This document shows, piece after piece, positions 1 to 10,538 of a stretch of DNA of 64,000 nucleotides. Both the position numbers and the translations under genes were made by a program. Under the pieces are notes generated by a model. The model was not told the origin of the DNA. It ran no database searches and saw only the letters and a program-made list of their open reading frames with translations. Origin of the DNA: Planctomycetota bacterium (lineage in GTDB: Bacteria > Planctomycetota > B15-G4); assembly GCA_038212275.1 (NCBI GenBank), contig JBBQUR010000019.1, forward strand, positions 1 to 64,000, given 5' to 3'. The number at the start of each line of letters is the position of its first letter. Position 1 is the first letter of the stretch.

Positions 1-97
1 GGTCCGCAGTACGGCGAGGTCTTGGGCATCCACCGGACCACTGTGCGGCACAGCGCGTACCCAATTGGCTCTGCACGGTCATGTTAGGTAAAAAAGC

Positions 98-128
98 TTG
101 ACACAGTGCACATTTCGGCTCATACAGT
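98..128 (+). promoter_or_regulatory. Possible sigma70-type promoter of the first gene
   Basis: TTGACA at 98-103 after an A-tract; TACAGT at 123-128 (19-nt spacer, longer than ideal). Confidence 0.35.
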
Positions 129-168
129 GCGGCACGCCCAACAGCGGGCCCGTCAGGGGAGGACTCTC

Positions 169-1032
169 ATGCATCGAATTGTGTCGGCGGTAGCGACCAC
201 GGCGCTGGCCGCCGGGATAGCCGTTTTAGTGCCGGGAACGGCCTTCGCGGCCGGCACCGCGCAGCAGGTCGCGGTCCATGGCGGTGACGCGGGGCTGAGC
301 CTGGACCGGACATCGGTACCGGCCGGGAAAGTCACCTTCTCCGTCGACACGACATCGGGGGTGGGCAGCCAGGTGTCGATGTTCACGCTGGCCAACGGCG
401 CCACCTTGCGCAAGGTGTTCGCGGACTTCAAGGAGGAATTCTCCGGTGGCCCGAAGATCGCGGCGCAGGGTACCCGCGATCTGAACAATGACGCCACGTT
501 CTACGGCCTGGCCGACGTCTCGCCCCGTACCCCGGCCAAGGTCACCGAGGTGCTCCTGCCGGGCACCTACTACCTCGTCGATCTTGGAGCGATGGGCTCG
601 CCGTCGTCCCTGACGGCGACCTTGCAGGTGACGCCACCGGTCCCCGGTAGCGCCAGCAGTCTTGCCGCGCTGGGGCAGGCGCAGGTCATGATGACCGCCG
701 CAGACCGTTTCGAGACCTCATCGTCGGTGCTACCGGCGACCGGCACCGTGCAGGTGACCAACAACGGCGACACGATCCACTTCATGGACTTCTCGCCGGT
801 GGCGCCGGGCACGACCGACGGCGACATCCAGGCGTTCTTCCTCGGCGCCGGCCCGAACCCGTTCATCAACGGTCCGTCGGTGGGCCTCGATGTCATCGAC
901 CCGGGGCGCACGGCCCTGCTGAGCTACAGCCTGCCCGCCGGCACGTATGTCATGGTGTGCTTCGTCGCCGATGCGGAAAACGGGATTCCGCACGCTCTGA
1001 TGGGGATGCACCTGGTAGTCACGCTCGGGTAG
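169..1032 (+). CDS. Secreted protein with cupredoxin-like domain(s), actinobacterial style
   Basis: GGAGG RBS before ATG169; signal peptide ending AFA-A; C-terminal YVMVCFVADAENGIPHALMGM (Cys/His/Met type-1-copper-like) plus upstream His (TIHFM). Confidence 0.6.
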   Translation: MHRIVSAVATTALAAGIAVLVPGTAFAAGTAQQVAVHGGDAGLSLDRTSVPAGKVTFSVDTTSGVGSQVSMFTLANGATLRKVFADFKEEFSGGPKIAAQGTRDLNNDATFYGLADVSPRTPAKVTEVLLPGTYYLVDLGAMGSPSSLTATLQVTPPVPGSASSLAALGQAQVMMTAADRFETSSSVLPATGTVQVTNNGDTIHFMDFSPVAPGTTDGDIQAFFLGAGPNPFINGPSVGLDVIDPGRTALLSYSLPAGTYVMVCFVADAENGIPHALMGMHLVVTLG

Positions 1033-1050
1033 CCGGCGGAGGTTGAGTAG

Positions 1051-1077
1051 TTGGCACTCTCGGGGCTAGAGTGCTAA
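1051..1077. promoter_or_regulatory. CIRCE element (HrcA operator)
   Basis: TTGGCACTC-N9-GAGTGCTAA, one mismatch from the consensus TTAGCACTC-N9-GAGTGCTAA, directly upstream of groES. Confidence 0.92.
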
Positions 1078-1157
1078 CTGCACGGCCGCCTCGACCTGGG
1101 TCCCGCGACGACGGGTCGGAGTAGCACATCCACATGTCATCCACGAAAGGGCAGGAC

Positions 1158-1466
1158 GTGACGACCGCTACCAAGGTCAACATCAAGCCGCTCGAGGACC
1201 GTGTTGTGGTCCAGGCCAACGAGGCGGAAACCACCACGGCATCGGGTCTGGTGATTCCCGACACGGCGAAGGAGAAGCCCCAGGAGGGCACCGTCGTCGC
1301 TGTTGGACCAGGGCGAATCGACGACAACGGCAACCGCGTTCCGCTGGATGTCAGCGTCGGCGACACCGTGATCTACTCCAAGTACGGCGGCACCGAGATC
1401 AAGTACTCCGGTGAGGAGTACCTCGTGCTCTCAGCACGGGACCTGCTCGCCGTCGTTGAGAAGTAG
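1158..1466 (+). CDS. groES: Co-chaperonin GroES (actinobacterial type)
   Basis: [38 protein letters not shown] motifs; GTG start after AGGGCAGGA. Confidence 0.97.
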   Translation: MTTATKVNIKPLEDRVVVQANEAETTTASGLVIPDTAKEKPQEGTVVAVGPGRIDDNGNRVPLDVSVGDTVIYSKYGGTEIKYSGEEYLVLSARDLLAVVEK

Positions 1467-1497
1467 CGCAACGCAGTAGTTGCTGAACGCAACGCCC

Positions 1498-1532
1498 AAC
1501 GCCCCGGCACCCCCCTCGGGGGCCGGGGCGTT
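1498..1532 (+). other. GC-rich intergenic stem-loop between groES and groEL
   Basis: AACGCCCCGG(1498-1507)/CCGGGGCGTT(1523-1532) with an inner C/G stem; no U-tract. Confidence 0.65.
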
Positions 1533-1546
1533 CGGCGTACCGCTGA

Positions 1547-3199
<1,653 letters not shown>

Positions 3200-3467
3200 G
3201 CGGCCTGATCCGCGGGAGCACGTCCACGGACGTCGCCTCACGGACCAAGCAGCTTCACCGGCACGGCAATCCTGCCGTTCCGTTCCCGGAAGCGCGTCGA
3301 CGCGGCATGCCGCGCGGCGCGCTTCCGGCGTCTTCCGGGCCTGTTCTCACGCCCGTTCTCACGCCTGGCCCGCGGCGGGTCGGCCGCTTCCGACGGAGTT
3401 GCGCCACATCGCGCGGGGCGGAAGCACTTTCGCAACTTCGAGCAAAGAGCTAAGTTCTTGGTGTGAC

Positions 3468-3488
3468 TGTTCCGGACTCGCCGGAACA
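3468..3488. promoter_or_regulatory. Perfect 8-bp inverted repeat downstream of a -10-like hexamer; candidate operator or 5' hairpin of the heme/copper cluster
   Basis: TGTTCCGG-ACTCG-CCGGAACA; TAAGTT at 3451-3456. Confidence 0.4.
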
Positions 3489-3559
3489 CGTCGCGGCGGA
3501 GCGCACCATGAGGACGGTCCGCACCCGATCCACTTCTCCCGTTCGAGGATGAGAACTCC

Positions 3560-4378
3560 ATGATGCTTGCCGAGACCCTGACCGCCGTGCTCCTGCTCAC
3601 TGTCGCGTGCGCCGACGAAAGCCCCGCGATCTCCGACAACGCTCCCGCCGCGCAGCAGGCGGTGGCCGCCGCCGCGACGAACGTCGTCGCGACGACTCCT
3701 GCGGTCGTGCACGAGGCCAAGATCAGCGGCGCCGCCAAGGGCGTGATCCGCGGCACCGTCAAGTTCGAGGGCGATGCCCCCGAGCGCGGCAAGGTGGACC
3801 TCTCGCCCGACAAGGTCTGCGCCGACGATCACAAGGACGGCATGGCGACCCCGGGTGGCGTGCAGGTCGGCACGGGTGGCGGGCTGATGGACGTGTTCAT
3901 TCAGCTCACCAGCGGAGTGCCCGAGTCCAAGGCCGAGGCTCCGGCCGAGGCAGCGGTCATCGACCAGATCGGCTGCACCTACGTGCCGCACGTCCTCGGC
4001 GTGATCAAGAAGCAGAAGATCGAGATCCTCAACAGCGACGCGACGCTGCACAACATCCACGCGCAGCCGAAGACCAACAAGGAGTTCAACCTCGCGATGC
4101 CCAACAAGGGCGACAAGCGCGAGGTCGAGTTCAAGAAGGACGAGCAGGCGATCCACATCAAGTGCGACGTGCATCCGTGGATGTCGGCCTACGTCTTCTC
4201 GATGGAGCACCCGTACTTCGCCGTGAGCGGCGCGGACGGCAGCTTCAGCATCAATCTCGGCGAGCTGCCGGACGGCGAGTACGGCGTCAAGCTCTGGCAC
4301 GAGGTGCTCGGCACGCAGGAAGGCAAGGTGACCGTCAAGGACGGCGCCGGCAGCTTCGACTTCACCTACAAGAAGTGA
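3560..4378 (+). CDS. Lipoprotein with cupredoxin-like and carboxypeptidase-regulatory-like beta domains
   Basis: Lipobox-like LTVAC; DQIGCTYVPHV, LHNIH, CDVHPWM motifs; first gene of the oxidase maturation cluster. Confidence 0.75.
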   Translation: MMLAETLTAVLLLTVACADESPAISDNAPAAQQAVAAAATNVVATTPAVVHEAKISGAAKGVIRGTVKFEGDAPERGKVDLSPDKVCADDHKDGMATPGGVQVGTGGGLMDVFIQLTSGVPESKAEAPAEAAVIDQIGCTYVPHVLGVIKKQKIEILNSDATLHNIHAQPKTNKEFNLAMPNKGDKREVEFKKDEQAIHIKCDVHPWMSAYVFSMEHPYFAVSGADGSFSINLGELPDGEYGVKLWHEVLGTQEGKVTVKDGAGSFDFTYKK

Positions 4379-4410
4379 GCTGAGTTCCGGGTGCCGGCGG
4401 CAGGTTGCGC

Positions 4411-5580
4411 ATGAACAGCCGACCGGACCGCGGCACGACGGCCATCGCCCCGGGCGCCCACGCGCCCGGGGCGATGGCGTTTCCGGAGGGCGCCGCGAGC
4501 CCCGGGGGCGCCGGCGCGGCAACGGCCGCTGGCGCGCCGCCTCGCGACGGCATCGCACGCGGCGCGGCCGCGCAGCACGGCAGCGCGATGCCCTCGGCGG
4601 CGCGGCGCCGCTACGGCGCCTTCCTCGTGCTGGCCACGCTCTTCCTCATTTTCTCGGGCGCCGAAGTGAAGAGCCGGCAAGCCGGGCTCTCGGTGCCCGA
4701 CTGGCCGCTGTCCTACGGGATGTGGTGGCCGCCGATGGTCGGCAACGTGTTCTTCGAGCACGGGCACCGCGTGATCGCCGCCACGCTCGGTCTGCTCATC
4801 GTCATCATGGCGGCGTGGACCGCGCGCACCGAGCCGCGGCGCTGGGTTCGCACGCTGGCGTGGTCGGCGCTCGGCGCCGTCATCGCGCAGGGCCTGCTCG
4901 GCGGCCTCACGGTGATTCACCTGCTGCCGCCCGCGCTGTCGATGAGCCACGGCATCCTCGCGCAGACGCTGCTCTGCGCGTTGACGTGGCTGGCCTACGC
5001 GACATCCGTGGAGTGGTTCGCACGGCGCGACGGCGCGCTGCAGGCCGACGCGGATCGGCGCCGCCGCGCGCTGCGCACGGCTGGCTGGGCCGCGGGCGCG
5101 GTCTACGTGCAACTCATCCTCGGTGCGCTCATGCGCCACAACGAGGCGGGCCTCGCCGTGCCCTTCTTCCCGACCTCGCCGACGGGCGCGCTGCTGCCGG
5201 ACCTCATCGACCTGCCGGTCGTGCTGCACATGCTGCATCGCGGCTTCGCGGTCATCGTGCTGCTGCTCGTGCTGCTGGCGGCGTGGCGCGTCGCGCAGGC
5301 CTGGCGGCATCTCGCACGCCATGCCTCGCTGCTGGCCGGCCTCGTCTGCGCGCAGGTGCTGCTGGGCGCCACGATCATCTGGACCGCGCAGCGCGACCCG
5401 GACTCGGAGACGGCCTGGATCAAGATGCCGGTGCCCGCCTCGCTGCACGTGCTTCTCGGCGCGGGCCTGCTGGCCACCGCGTGGCTGCTGTGCCTGCGTT
5501 GCTGGCGCGCGTCGCCCACCTCGCGAGCAGCGCTCTCGTCGGCTGCGTCGCCCGCTGTTCCCGCCGGCGCTGACCGATGA
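4411..5580 (+). CDS. ctaA: Heme A synthase, COX15/CtaA family
   Basis: AGLSVPDWP, FFEHGHR, HGILAQ, HMLHR, SLHV histidine motifs in a multi-TM protein; start uncertain. Confidence 0.85.
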   Translation: MNSRPDRGTTAIAPGAHAPGAMAFPEGAASPGGAGAATAAGAPPRDGIARGAAAQHGSAMPSAARRRYGAFLVLATLFLIFSGAEVKSRQAGLSVPDWPLSYGMWWPPMVGNVFFEHGHRVIAATLGLLIVIMAAWTARTEPRRWVRTLAWSALGAVIAQGLLGGLTVIHLLPPALSMSHGILAQTLLCALTWLAYATSVEWFARRDGALQADADRRRRALRTAGWAAGAVYVQLILGALMRHNEAGLAVPFFPTSPTGALLPDLIDLPVVLHMLHRGFAVIVLLLVLLAAWRVAQAWRHLARHASLLAGLVCAQVLLGATIIWTAQRDPDSETAWIKMPVPASLHVLLGAGLLATAWLLCLRCWRASPTSRAALSSAASPAVPAGADR

Positions 5581-7142
5581 GCGCGCGACTCGATGCTACC
5601 GGCCTGTCGGGCTTGCTGCGTCCGCGCATCGCGGTGCTCGTGCTCGCCGAGACGGCCGCTGCCTTCCTGCTCGAGCGGCCTGCATCACTGGCGGCGCTGC
5701 CATGGTTGCTGCTCGGCACGCTGCTCGTGTCGGGCGCGGGCTGCGCGCTCAATCACTGGCTCGAGCGCGACACCGACGCGCTCATGCCGCGCACTGCCGT
5801 CCGCCCGCTGGTGACCGGCGCGCTCTCGCCGCGCACGGTGCTCGTCGGCAGCGGCCTCGCGCTGCTGGCCGGCCTCGCGCTGCTGTGGTGGCGCTGCAAC
5901 CCGCTCACGTCGGGACTGCAACTGCTCGCGGCGGTCATCTACCTCGGCATCTACACGCCGCTCAAGCGGCGCACGTCCACCAACACGTGGATCGGCGCGA
6001 TCCCCGGCGCGATGCCCGTGCTGGCCGGCTCGGCCGCCGCCAGCGGCGCGATCTCGCGCCTGTCGCTCATCGTGTTCGCGCTCGTCTTCCTCTGGCAGCT
6101 GCCGCACTTCTTCGCCATCGCGTCGATGTACCGCGAGCAGTACAGGCAGGGCGGACTGCGCATGCTCTCCGGCGACGACCCGCACGACGAGCTGCTGCGC
6201 TGGCAGCTCCCCATGATGGTCATGTCGGTGATGCTCGTCTCCGCGCTGCCGGTCATCGCGGGGCCCGCGCGCGCGATCTACGGGCTGACGGCGCTCGTCT
6301 TTGGCGGCATCTTCCTGTGGGCTGCGTTCCGCTTCCGCACGCAGCCCGACCGGCCCGGCGCGCGCCGCGTCGTGCTTGCCTCCGTGGCCTACCTGCCGCT
6401 CGTGCTCGGCGCGCTGGTCATGGACGTGGCCTGCGTCGGCCGCACCGATCAGTCCGGGGGCGCAGCCGGCTCCGCGCCGCACGCCGCATCGCCCTCCGCA
6501 TCTGCATCCGCGGCAGGGCGGCCGACGGCAGCCTCCGCGTCCGACGGCACCGGCCTGCCGGACCACGGCCCGGTGCCGGACTTCCAGCTCATCTCGCAGG
6601 AGGGCGTCCCCTTCACCCGCGTCGACATGGCGGGCGAGGTGTGGATCGTGGACTTCATCTTCACCAGCTGCTCGGGCATCTGCGTGCCGATGACGCGCAC
6701 CTTCGTGGATCTCCAGCTCGAACAGCTCCCGGCGCACTACCTCTCGGTGAGCGTGGACCCGAAGCGCGACAGCCCGGCCGTGCTCGCGGAGTTCCGCCGC
6801 AAGTGGGAGGGCGACGACCAGCGCTGGATGCTGGCCACCGGCACGGCGCAGGCCGTCGAGGCCCTCGGCAACGACGGCTTCCACCTGCCCGTGGGAACCG
6901 GCGCCACGCCGGTGGAGGGCATGCCCTCGCTCTTCCACAGCGAGCGCTTCGCTCTGGTGGACCGCCGCGGCCGCGTGCGCGGCTACTACGACAGCAGCGA
7001 CAAGCTCGAACTCGCGGCGCTGCGGCGCGACGTGGCGCTGCTGGCGGCGTTGCCGGCGCCGTCGGGCGAGGAGTCCGTCCCCGCGACGTCGATCGACGCG
7101 CCTTCGCCGTCGGCCGAGTCGCCCGTGCTGCCCGGCCATTGA
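5577..7142 (+). CDS. ctaB: Protoheme IX farnesyltransferase (heme O synthase) fused to a C-terminal SCO1/SenC domain
   Basis: NHWLERDTDALMPRTAVRPL, YTPLKR, FLWQLPHFFAI (CtaB/CyoE); then FIFTSCSGICVPM (CxxxC), SVSVDPKRDSP, HSERFALVD (SCO). Confidence 0.88.
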   Translation: MSARLDATGLSGLLRPRIAVLVLAETAAAFLLERPASLAALPWLLLGTLLVSGAGCALNHWLERDTDALMPRTAVRPLVTGALSPRTVLVGSGLALLAGLALLWWRCNPLTSGLQLLAAVIYLGIYTPLKRRTSTNTWIGAIPGAMPVLAGSAAASGAISRLSLIVFALVFLWQLPHFFAIASMYREQYRQGGLRMLSGDDPHDELLRWQLPMMVMSVMLVSALPVIAGPARAIYGLTALVFGGIFLWAAFRFRTQPDRPGARRVVLASVAYLPLVLGALVMDVACVGRTDQSGGAAGSAPHAASPSASASAAGRPTAASASDGTGLPDHGPVPDFQLISQEGVPFTRVDMAGEVWIVDFIFTSCSGICVPMTRTFVDLQLEQLPAHYLSVSVDPKRDSPAVLAEFRRKWEGDDQRWMLATGTAQAVEALGNDGFHLPVGTGATPVEGMPSLFHSERFALVDRRGRVRGYYDSSDKLELAALRRDVALLAALPAPSGEESVPATSIDAPSPSAESPVLPGH

Positions 7143-7167
7143 GCCGGCGGACGGCCGCCACCCGCTC

Positions 7168-7608
7168 ATGAGCCAGCCGGCCTTCCACGCGACACTCAAT
7201 GCCCTTGCCGCGGTGCTGCTCTGCCTGGGCTGGATGGCGATCCGCGGCGTCGGGCCGTGGGCGGCAGGCGGGCGGCGCCCGACCACGCATCGCAACCTCA
7301 TGCTCGCGGCCTTCGGCGTCTCGACCGTCTTCCTCGCCAGCTATCTGGAGTACCACGCCCGCGTCGGCTCGGTGCCGTTCTGGGGCACGGGCGCGCTGCG
7401 GACGCTGTACCTCGTGGTGCTGGTGCCGCACATCGTGCTCGCGGCGGTCATGGTGCCGCTCATTCTCGTCACGCTGGTCCACGCGCTGCGCGGTCGACTG
7501 GACCGCCACCGGGTCTGGGCGCGCTGGACGCTCCCGATCTGGCTCTACGTCTCAGTGACGGGCGTCCTCGTCTACGTGATGAACTACGCCATGGCCCCCG
7601 GCGGTTGA
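7168..7608 (+). CDS. DUF420 family membrane protein (oxidase-associated)
   Basis: NALAAVLL, HRNLML, FLASYLEYH, HIVLAA, ARWTLPIWLYVSVTGVLVY signature; follows SCO. Confidence 0.85.
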   Translation: MSQPAFHATLNALAAVLLCLGWMAIRGVGPWAAGGRRPTTHRNLMLAAFGVSTVFLASYLEYHARVGSVPFWGTGALRTLYLVVLVPHIVLAAVMVPLILVTLVHALRGRLDRHRVWARWTLPIWLYVSVTGVLVYVMNYAMAPGG

Positions 7609-7631
7609 CCGCGCCCCGCGCGGCCCGCGCG

Positions 7632-7718
7632 ACCCGCGCGACTCGCCTGTCCGTGCGATCCGCCGCGAACCCGCGCGACCCGCCTGTCCGCCTGCCCGCG
7701 CGATCCGCCGCGAACCCG
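7632..7718. repeat. Imperfect intergenic direct repeat, 2 copies, with an internal duplication
   Basis: ACCCGCGCGAC(T/C)CGCCTGTCCG...GCGATCCGCCGCGAACCCG occurs twice. Confidence 0.6.
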
Positions 7719-7893
7719 TGCCGTGTCGAGGCGGCGGCGGCTCCCGGGCCGGTATCGCGCGCGCACGGCGTGCCCTACAATCCGTAGCCCTTCCCTGCGT
7801 CGCGCGACGACCTGCGGACCGCGCGACGGCCGTTCGGGGTGCCCCGGCCTGCCGACACCCGCGCCGTCTTCACGAGGCTGTCGCAGGCTTTGC

Positions 7894-7954
7894 TTGTGCC
7901 GGACCGACGGCTGCCGTTACCATCGGCATAACTTCCCTCTTATGCGCATATGCA
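7894..7954 (+). promoter_or_regulatory. Putative arg operon promoter with an adjacent palindromic operator
   Basis: TTGTGC(7894)-18 nt-TACCAT(7918), then GCATAA-N8-TTATGC (7926-7945) and ATATGCA, an AT-rich island resembling ARG-box half-sites. Confidence 0.4.
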
Positions 7955-8006
7955 GCGCGGCGGCTGCCGCGCGCCCGACTCGCCACCGCTTCTCGCGGAC
8001 CACACG

Positions 8007-9401
8007 ATGAAGACCATCGTCCTTGCCTTCTCCGGCGGACTCGACACCTCCTTCTGCGCGGTCTACCTGCGCGAGCAGACTCGTGCCGACATCGTGACGG
8101 TCTGCGTGGACACCGGCGGCTTCACGGCCGAGGGCCTCGCCGCCGTCGAGGCGCGTGCGCGCGCGCTCGGCGTGAAGGATCACCGCACCGTGGACGCGCG
8201 CGCCGACGTGTGGACTCGCTTCGTCAGCTACCTCATCAAGGGCAACGTGCTGCGCGGCGGCGTCTACCCCGTGTCGGTCGGTTGCGAGCGCACGGCGCAG
8301 GCGGAGGCCGTCGTGGCCGTGGCGCGCGAGCTGGGCGCCGACGCCGTGGCGCACGGCTCGACGGGCGCCGGCAACGACCAGGTGCGCTTCGACGTGGCCA
8401 TCGGGGCGAAGGCGCCGGGCCTCGCCATCCTCACGCCGATCCGCGACCTCAACTGGTCGCGTGTGCAGGAGGCCGAGTGGCTCGCCGAGCGCGGCATCTC
8501 CGTGCCGGCGGGCACCGTGAGCTACTCGCTCAACGAGGGCCTGTTCGGCACGACGATCGGCGGCAAGGAAACGCACGACCCGTGGAAGCTGCCGCCGGAC
8601 GCGGCCTACACGATGACCGTGCCCGCCACGCAGGCCGCTGCGGAGCCCGAAGAGCTGGTCATCGGCTTCGAACACGGCGTGCCCGTCACGCTGGACGGCC
8701 GGGCGCTCGACGGCGTGTCGCTCGTCACGGAGCTGAACCGCCGCGCGCGCCCCCACGGCGTGGGACGCGGCGTGCACGTCGGTGACACGATCCTGGGGCT
8801 CAAGGGGCGCATCGCTTTCGAGGCTCCCGCGCCGCTCATCATGATCCGCGCGCATCGCGAGCTGGCCAAACTGGTGCAGACCAGGTGGCAGGCTTACTGG
8901 GCCGAGCAGGCCGGCACCTTCTACGGCATGCTGCTGCACGAGGGCCTGTTCTACGACCCGGCGATGCGCGACCTGGAAGCGCTGCTCGACAGCGCGAACG
9001 AGCGCGTTGGCGGCGAGGTGCGCGTGCGCCTGTACCGCGGCAATCACGACGTGGTCGGCGTGCGCTCGCCGCACTCGCTGCTGAACCCCGCCATCGCGGT
9101 GTACGGCGAGGGCGCCTCGGCCTGGACCGGCGAGCAGGCGGCCGGCTTCGCGCGCATCCACGGCCTCCCGTCGATGCTCGCCGCACGCCGCGACGAACTC
9201 GCGCCCGCAACGAACGCGCCCGCAACGAACGCTCCCGCAACGAGCGCTCCCGCAACGAGCGCTCCCGCAACGAACGCGGCCGCAACGAACGCGGCCGCAA
9301 TCGGTTCGCCCGGTGCGGACGCGCAGGACGGCACCGAGAGCAAGGACAGCAAGTCGCCGGCCGGCCCGCGGGCCGCCCGGAAGGAGAGTTCAGGAACATG
9401 A
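8007..9401 (+). CDS. argG: Argininosuccinate synthase (Bacteroidetes-like subtype) with a repeat-rich C-terminal tail
   Basis: VLAFSGGLDTS, HGSTGAGNDQVRFD, GDTILGLKGRIAFEAPA. Confidence 0.96.
   Translation: MKTIVLAFSGGLDTSFCAVYLREQTRADIVTVCVDTGGFTAEGLAAVEARARALGVKDHRTVDARADVWTRFVSYLIKGNVLRGGVYPVSVGCERTAQAEAVVAVARELGADAVAHGSTGAGNDQVRFDVAIGAKAPGLAILTPIRDLNWSRVQEAEWLAERGISVPAGTVSYSLNEGLFGTTIGGKETHDPWKLPPDAAYTMTVPATQAAAEPEELVIGFEHGVPVTLDGRALDGVSLVTELNRRARPHGVGRGVHVGDTILGLKGRIAFEAPAPLIMIRAHRELAKLVQTRWQAYWAEQAGTFYGMLLHEGLFYDPAMRDLEALLDSANERVGGEVRVRLYRGNHDVVGVRSPHSLLNPAIAVYGEGASAWTGEQAAGFARIHGLPSMLAARRDELAPATNAPATNAPATSAPATSAPATNAAATNAAAIGSPGADAQDGTESKDSKSPAGPRAARKESSGT
9201..9300 (+). repeat. 15-bp in-frame tandem repeat (~6.7 copies; APATN/APATS/AAATN)
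   Basis: GC(G/T)(C/G)CCGCAACGA(A/G)C units read directly. Confidence 0.95.
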
Positions 9402-10441
9402 AGATCCGCCCGCACAAGGTCGGCAGCGTCGTGCATCGCCTCAAGCTCGGCCCCGAGCTGGACATCAGCCGCATGGTCGATGCGCGCTCGGGCCAGGTGC
9501 TCGTCGTGAGGGCGCTCGAGGAGAAGCGCGTGTACGACGTGATGGAGCTCACGACGGGGCGCATGGCGCACGTCGGCAAGGGCGACGTGATCGTCGGCGC
9601 CCTCGGCCGGCGCGACGCGCTGCGCGGCTTCGTCGGCCGCGTGCCGACGTCCGTGAAGGCGGGCGACACGCTGCACCTGCTCAACCTGGGCGGCGTCATC
9701 GGCCAGGTCATCTCGGAGAACAAGGACCTCGGGCATCCGCTGCGCGTCGAGGTGCTCGGCATGGCGCTGCGGGAGGACGGCAAGGGCATGAACATCGCGG
9801 ACGCGGCGCTCGGCGAGCCGCCGGCCGCCGCGCGCACGCCGCCGGTGATCCTCGTCTCCGGAACCTGCATGAATGCGGGCAAGACGCTTGCGGCGTGCGA
9901 GATCATCGCGCGGCTTACGGAGCGCGGCTACGTCTGCGGCGGCGCCAAGCTCACCGGCGTCGCGGCGCAGCGCGACACGCTCAACATGGCCGACCACGGC
10001 GCGGTGCACACGCTGTCCTTCGTGGACCTCGGCCTGCCCAGCACCGCGGGCATGACCGAGATGGCGCCCATCGCCAAGCGCCTGCTGCGCTGGGTGGAGA
10101 CCGAGGCCGGCCAGGAGCTGGACGTCGTCGTGGCCGAGGCCGGCGACGGCATCATCGGTGCGTACGGCGTCGAGTCCATCCTCAACGACCCGGAGTTCAT
10201 GGAGCTCGTGCAGGCGCACGTGCTCTGCGCGAACGACCTCGTCGCGGCGTGGGGCGGCATGAACTGGCTGCGCGAGCGCGGCATCGAAGTGGACTGCATC
10301 GCCGGCCCGGCCACGGACAACGACGTGGGCATGGACTACATCCGCAACAGCCTCGGCCTGCCCGCGTCCAATGCGCGCACCGAGCCCGACAAGCTGGCGG
10401 ACATCGTGGAGAAGGCCGCCTTCGAGGGCGTGCTCACGTGA
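9398..10441 (+). CDS. DUF1611/DgcN-like P-loop-fold protein; candidate glutamate N-acyltransferase replacing ArgA
   Basis: ATGA overlap with argG; GALGRRDALRGF, VSGTCMNAGKT (P-loop-like), GAKLTG, DLGLPST, VAEAGDGI motifs. Confidence 0.7.
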   Translation: MKIRPHKVGSVVHRLKLGPELDISRMVDARSGQVLVVRALEEKRVYDVMELTTGRMAHVGKGDVIVGALGRRDALRGFVGRVPTSVKAGDTLHLLNLGGVIGQVISENKDLGHPLRVEVLGMALREDGKGMNIADAALGEPPAAARTPPVILVSGTCMNAGKTLAACEIIARLTERGYVCGGAKLTGVAAQRDTLNMADHGAVHTLSFVDLGLPSTAGMTEMAPIAKRLLRWVETEAGQELDVVVAEAGDGIIGAYGVESILNDPEFMELVQAHVLCANDLVAAWGGMNWLRERGIEVDCIAGPATDNDVGMDYIRNSLGLPASNARTEPDKLADIVEKAAFEGVLT

Positions 10442-10538
10442 TCGGCGTGCACGGCGCGATCCGGCCGAGCGCCGCGACGGCGAGACCGCGCGCATGCGGA
10501 ACTCGTCGATGCGGAGCACGTCGCTGCGGAGTTCGTCG

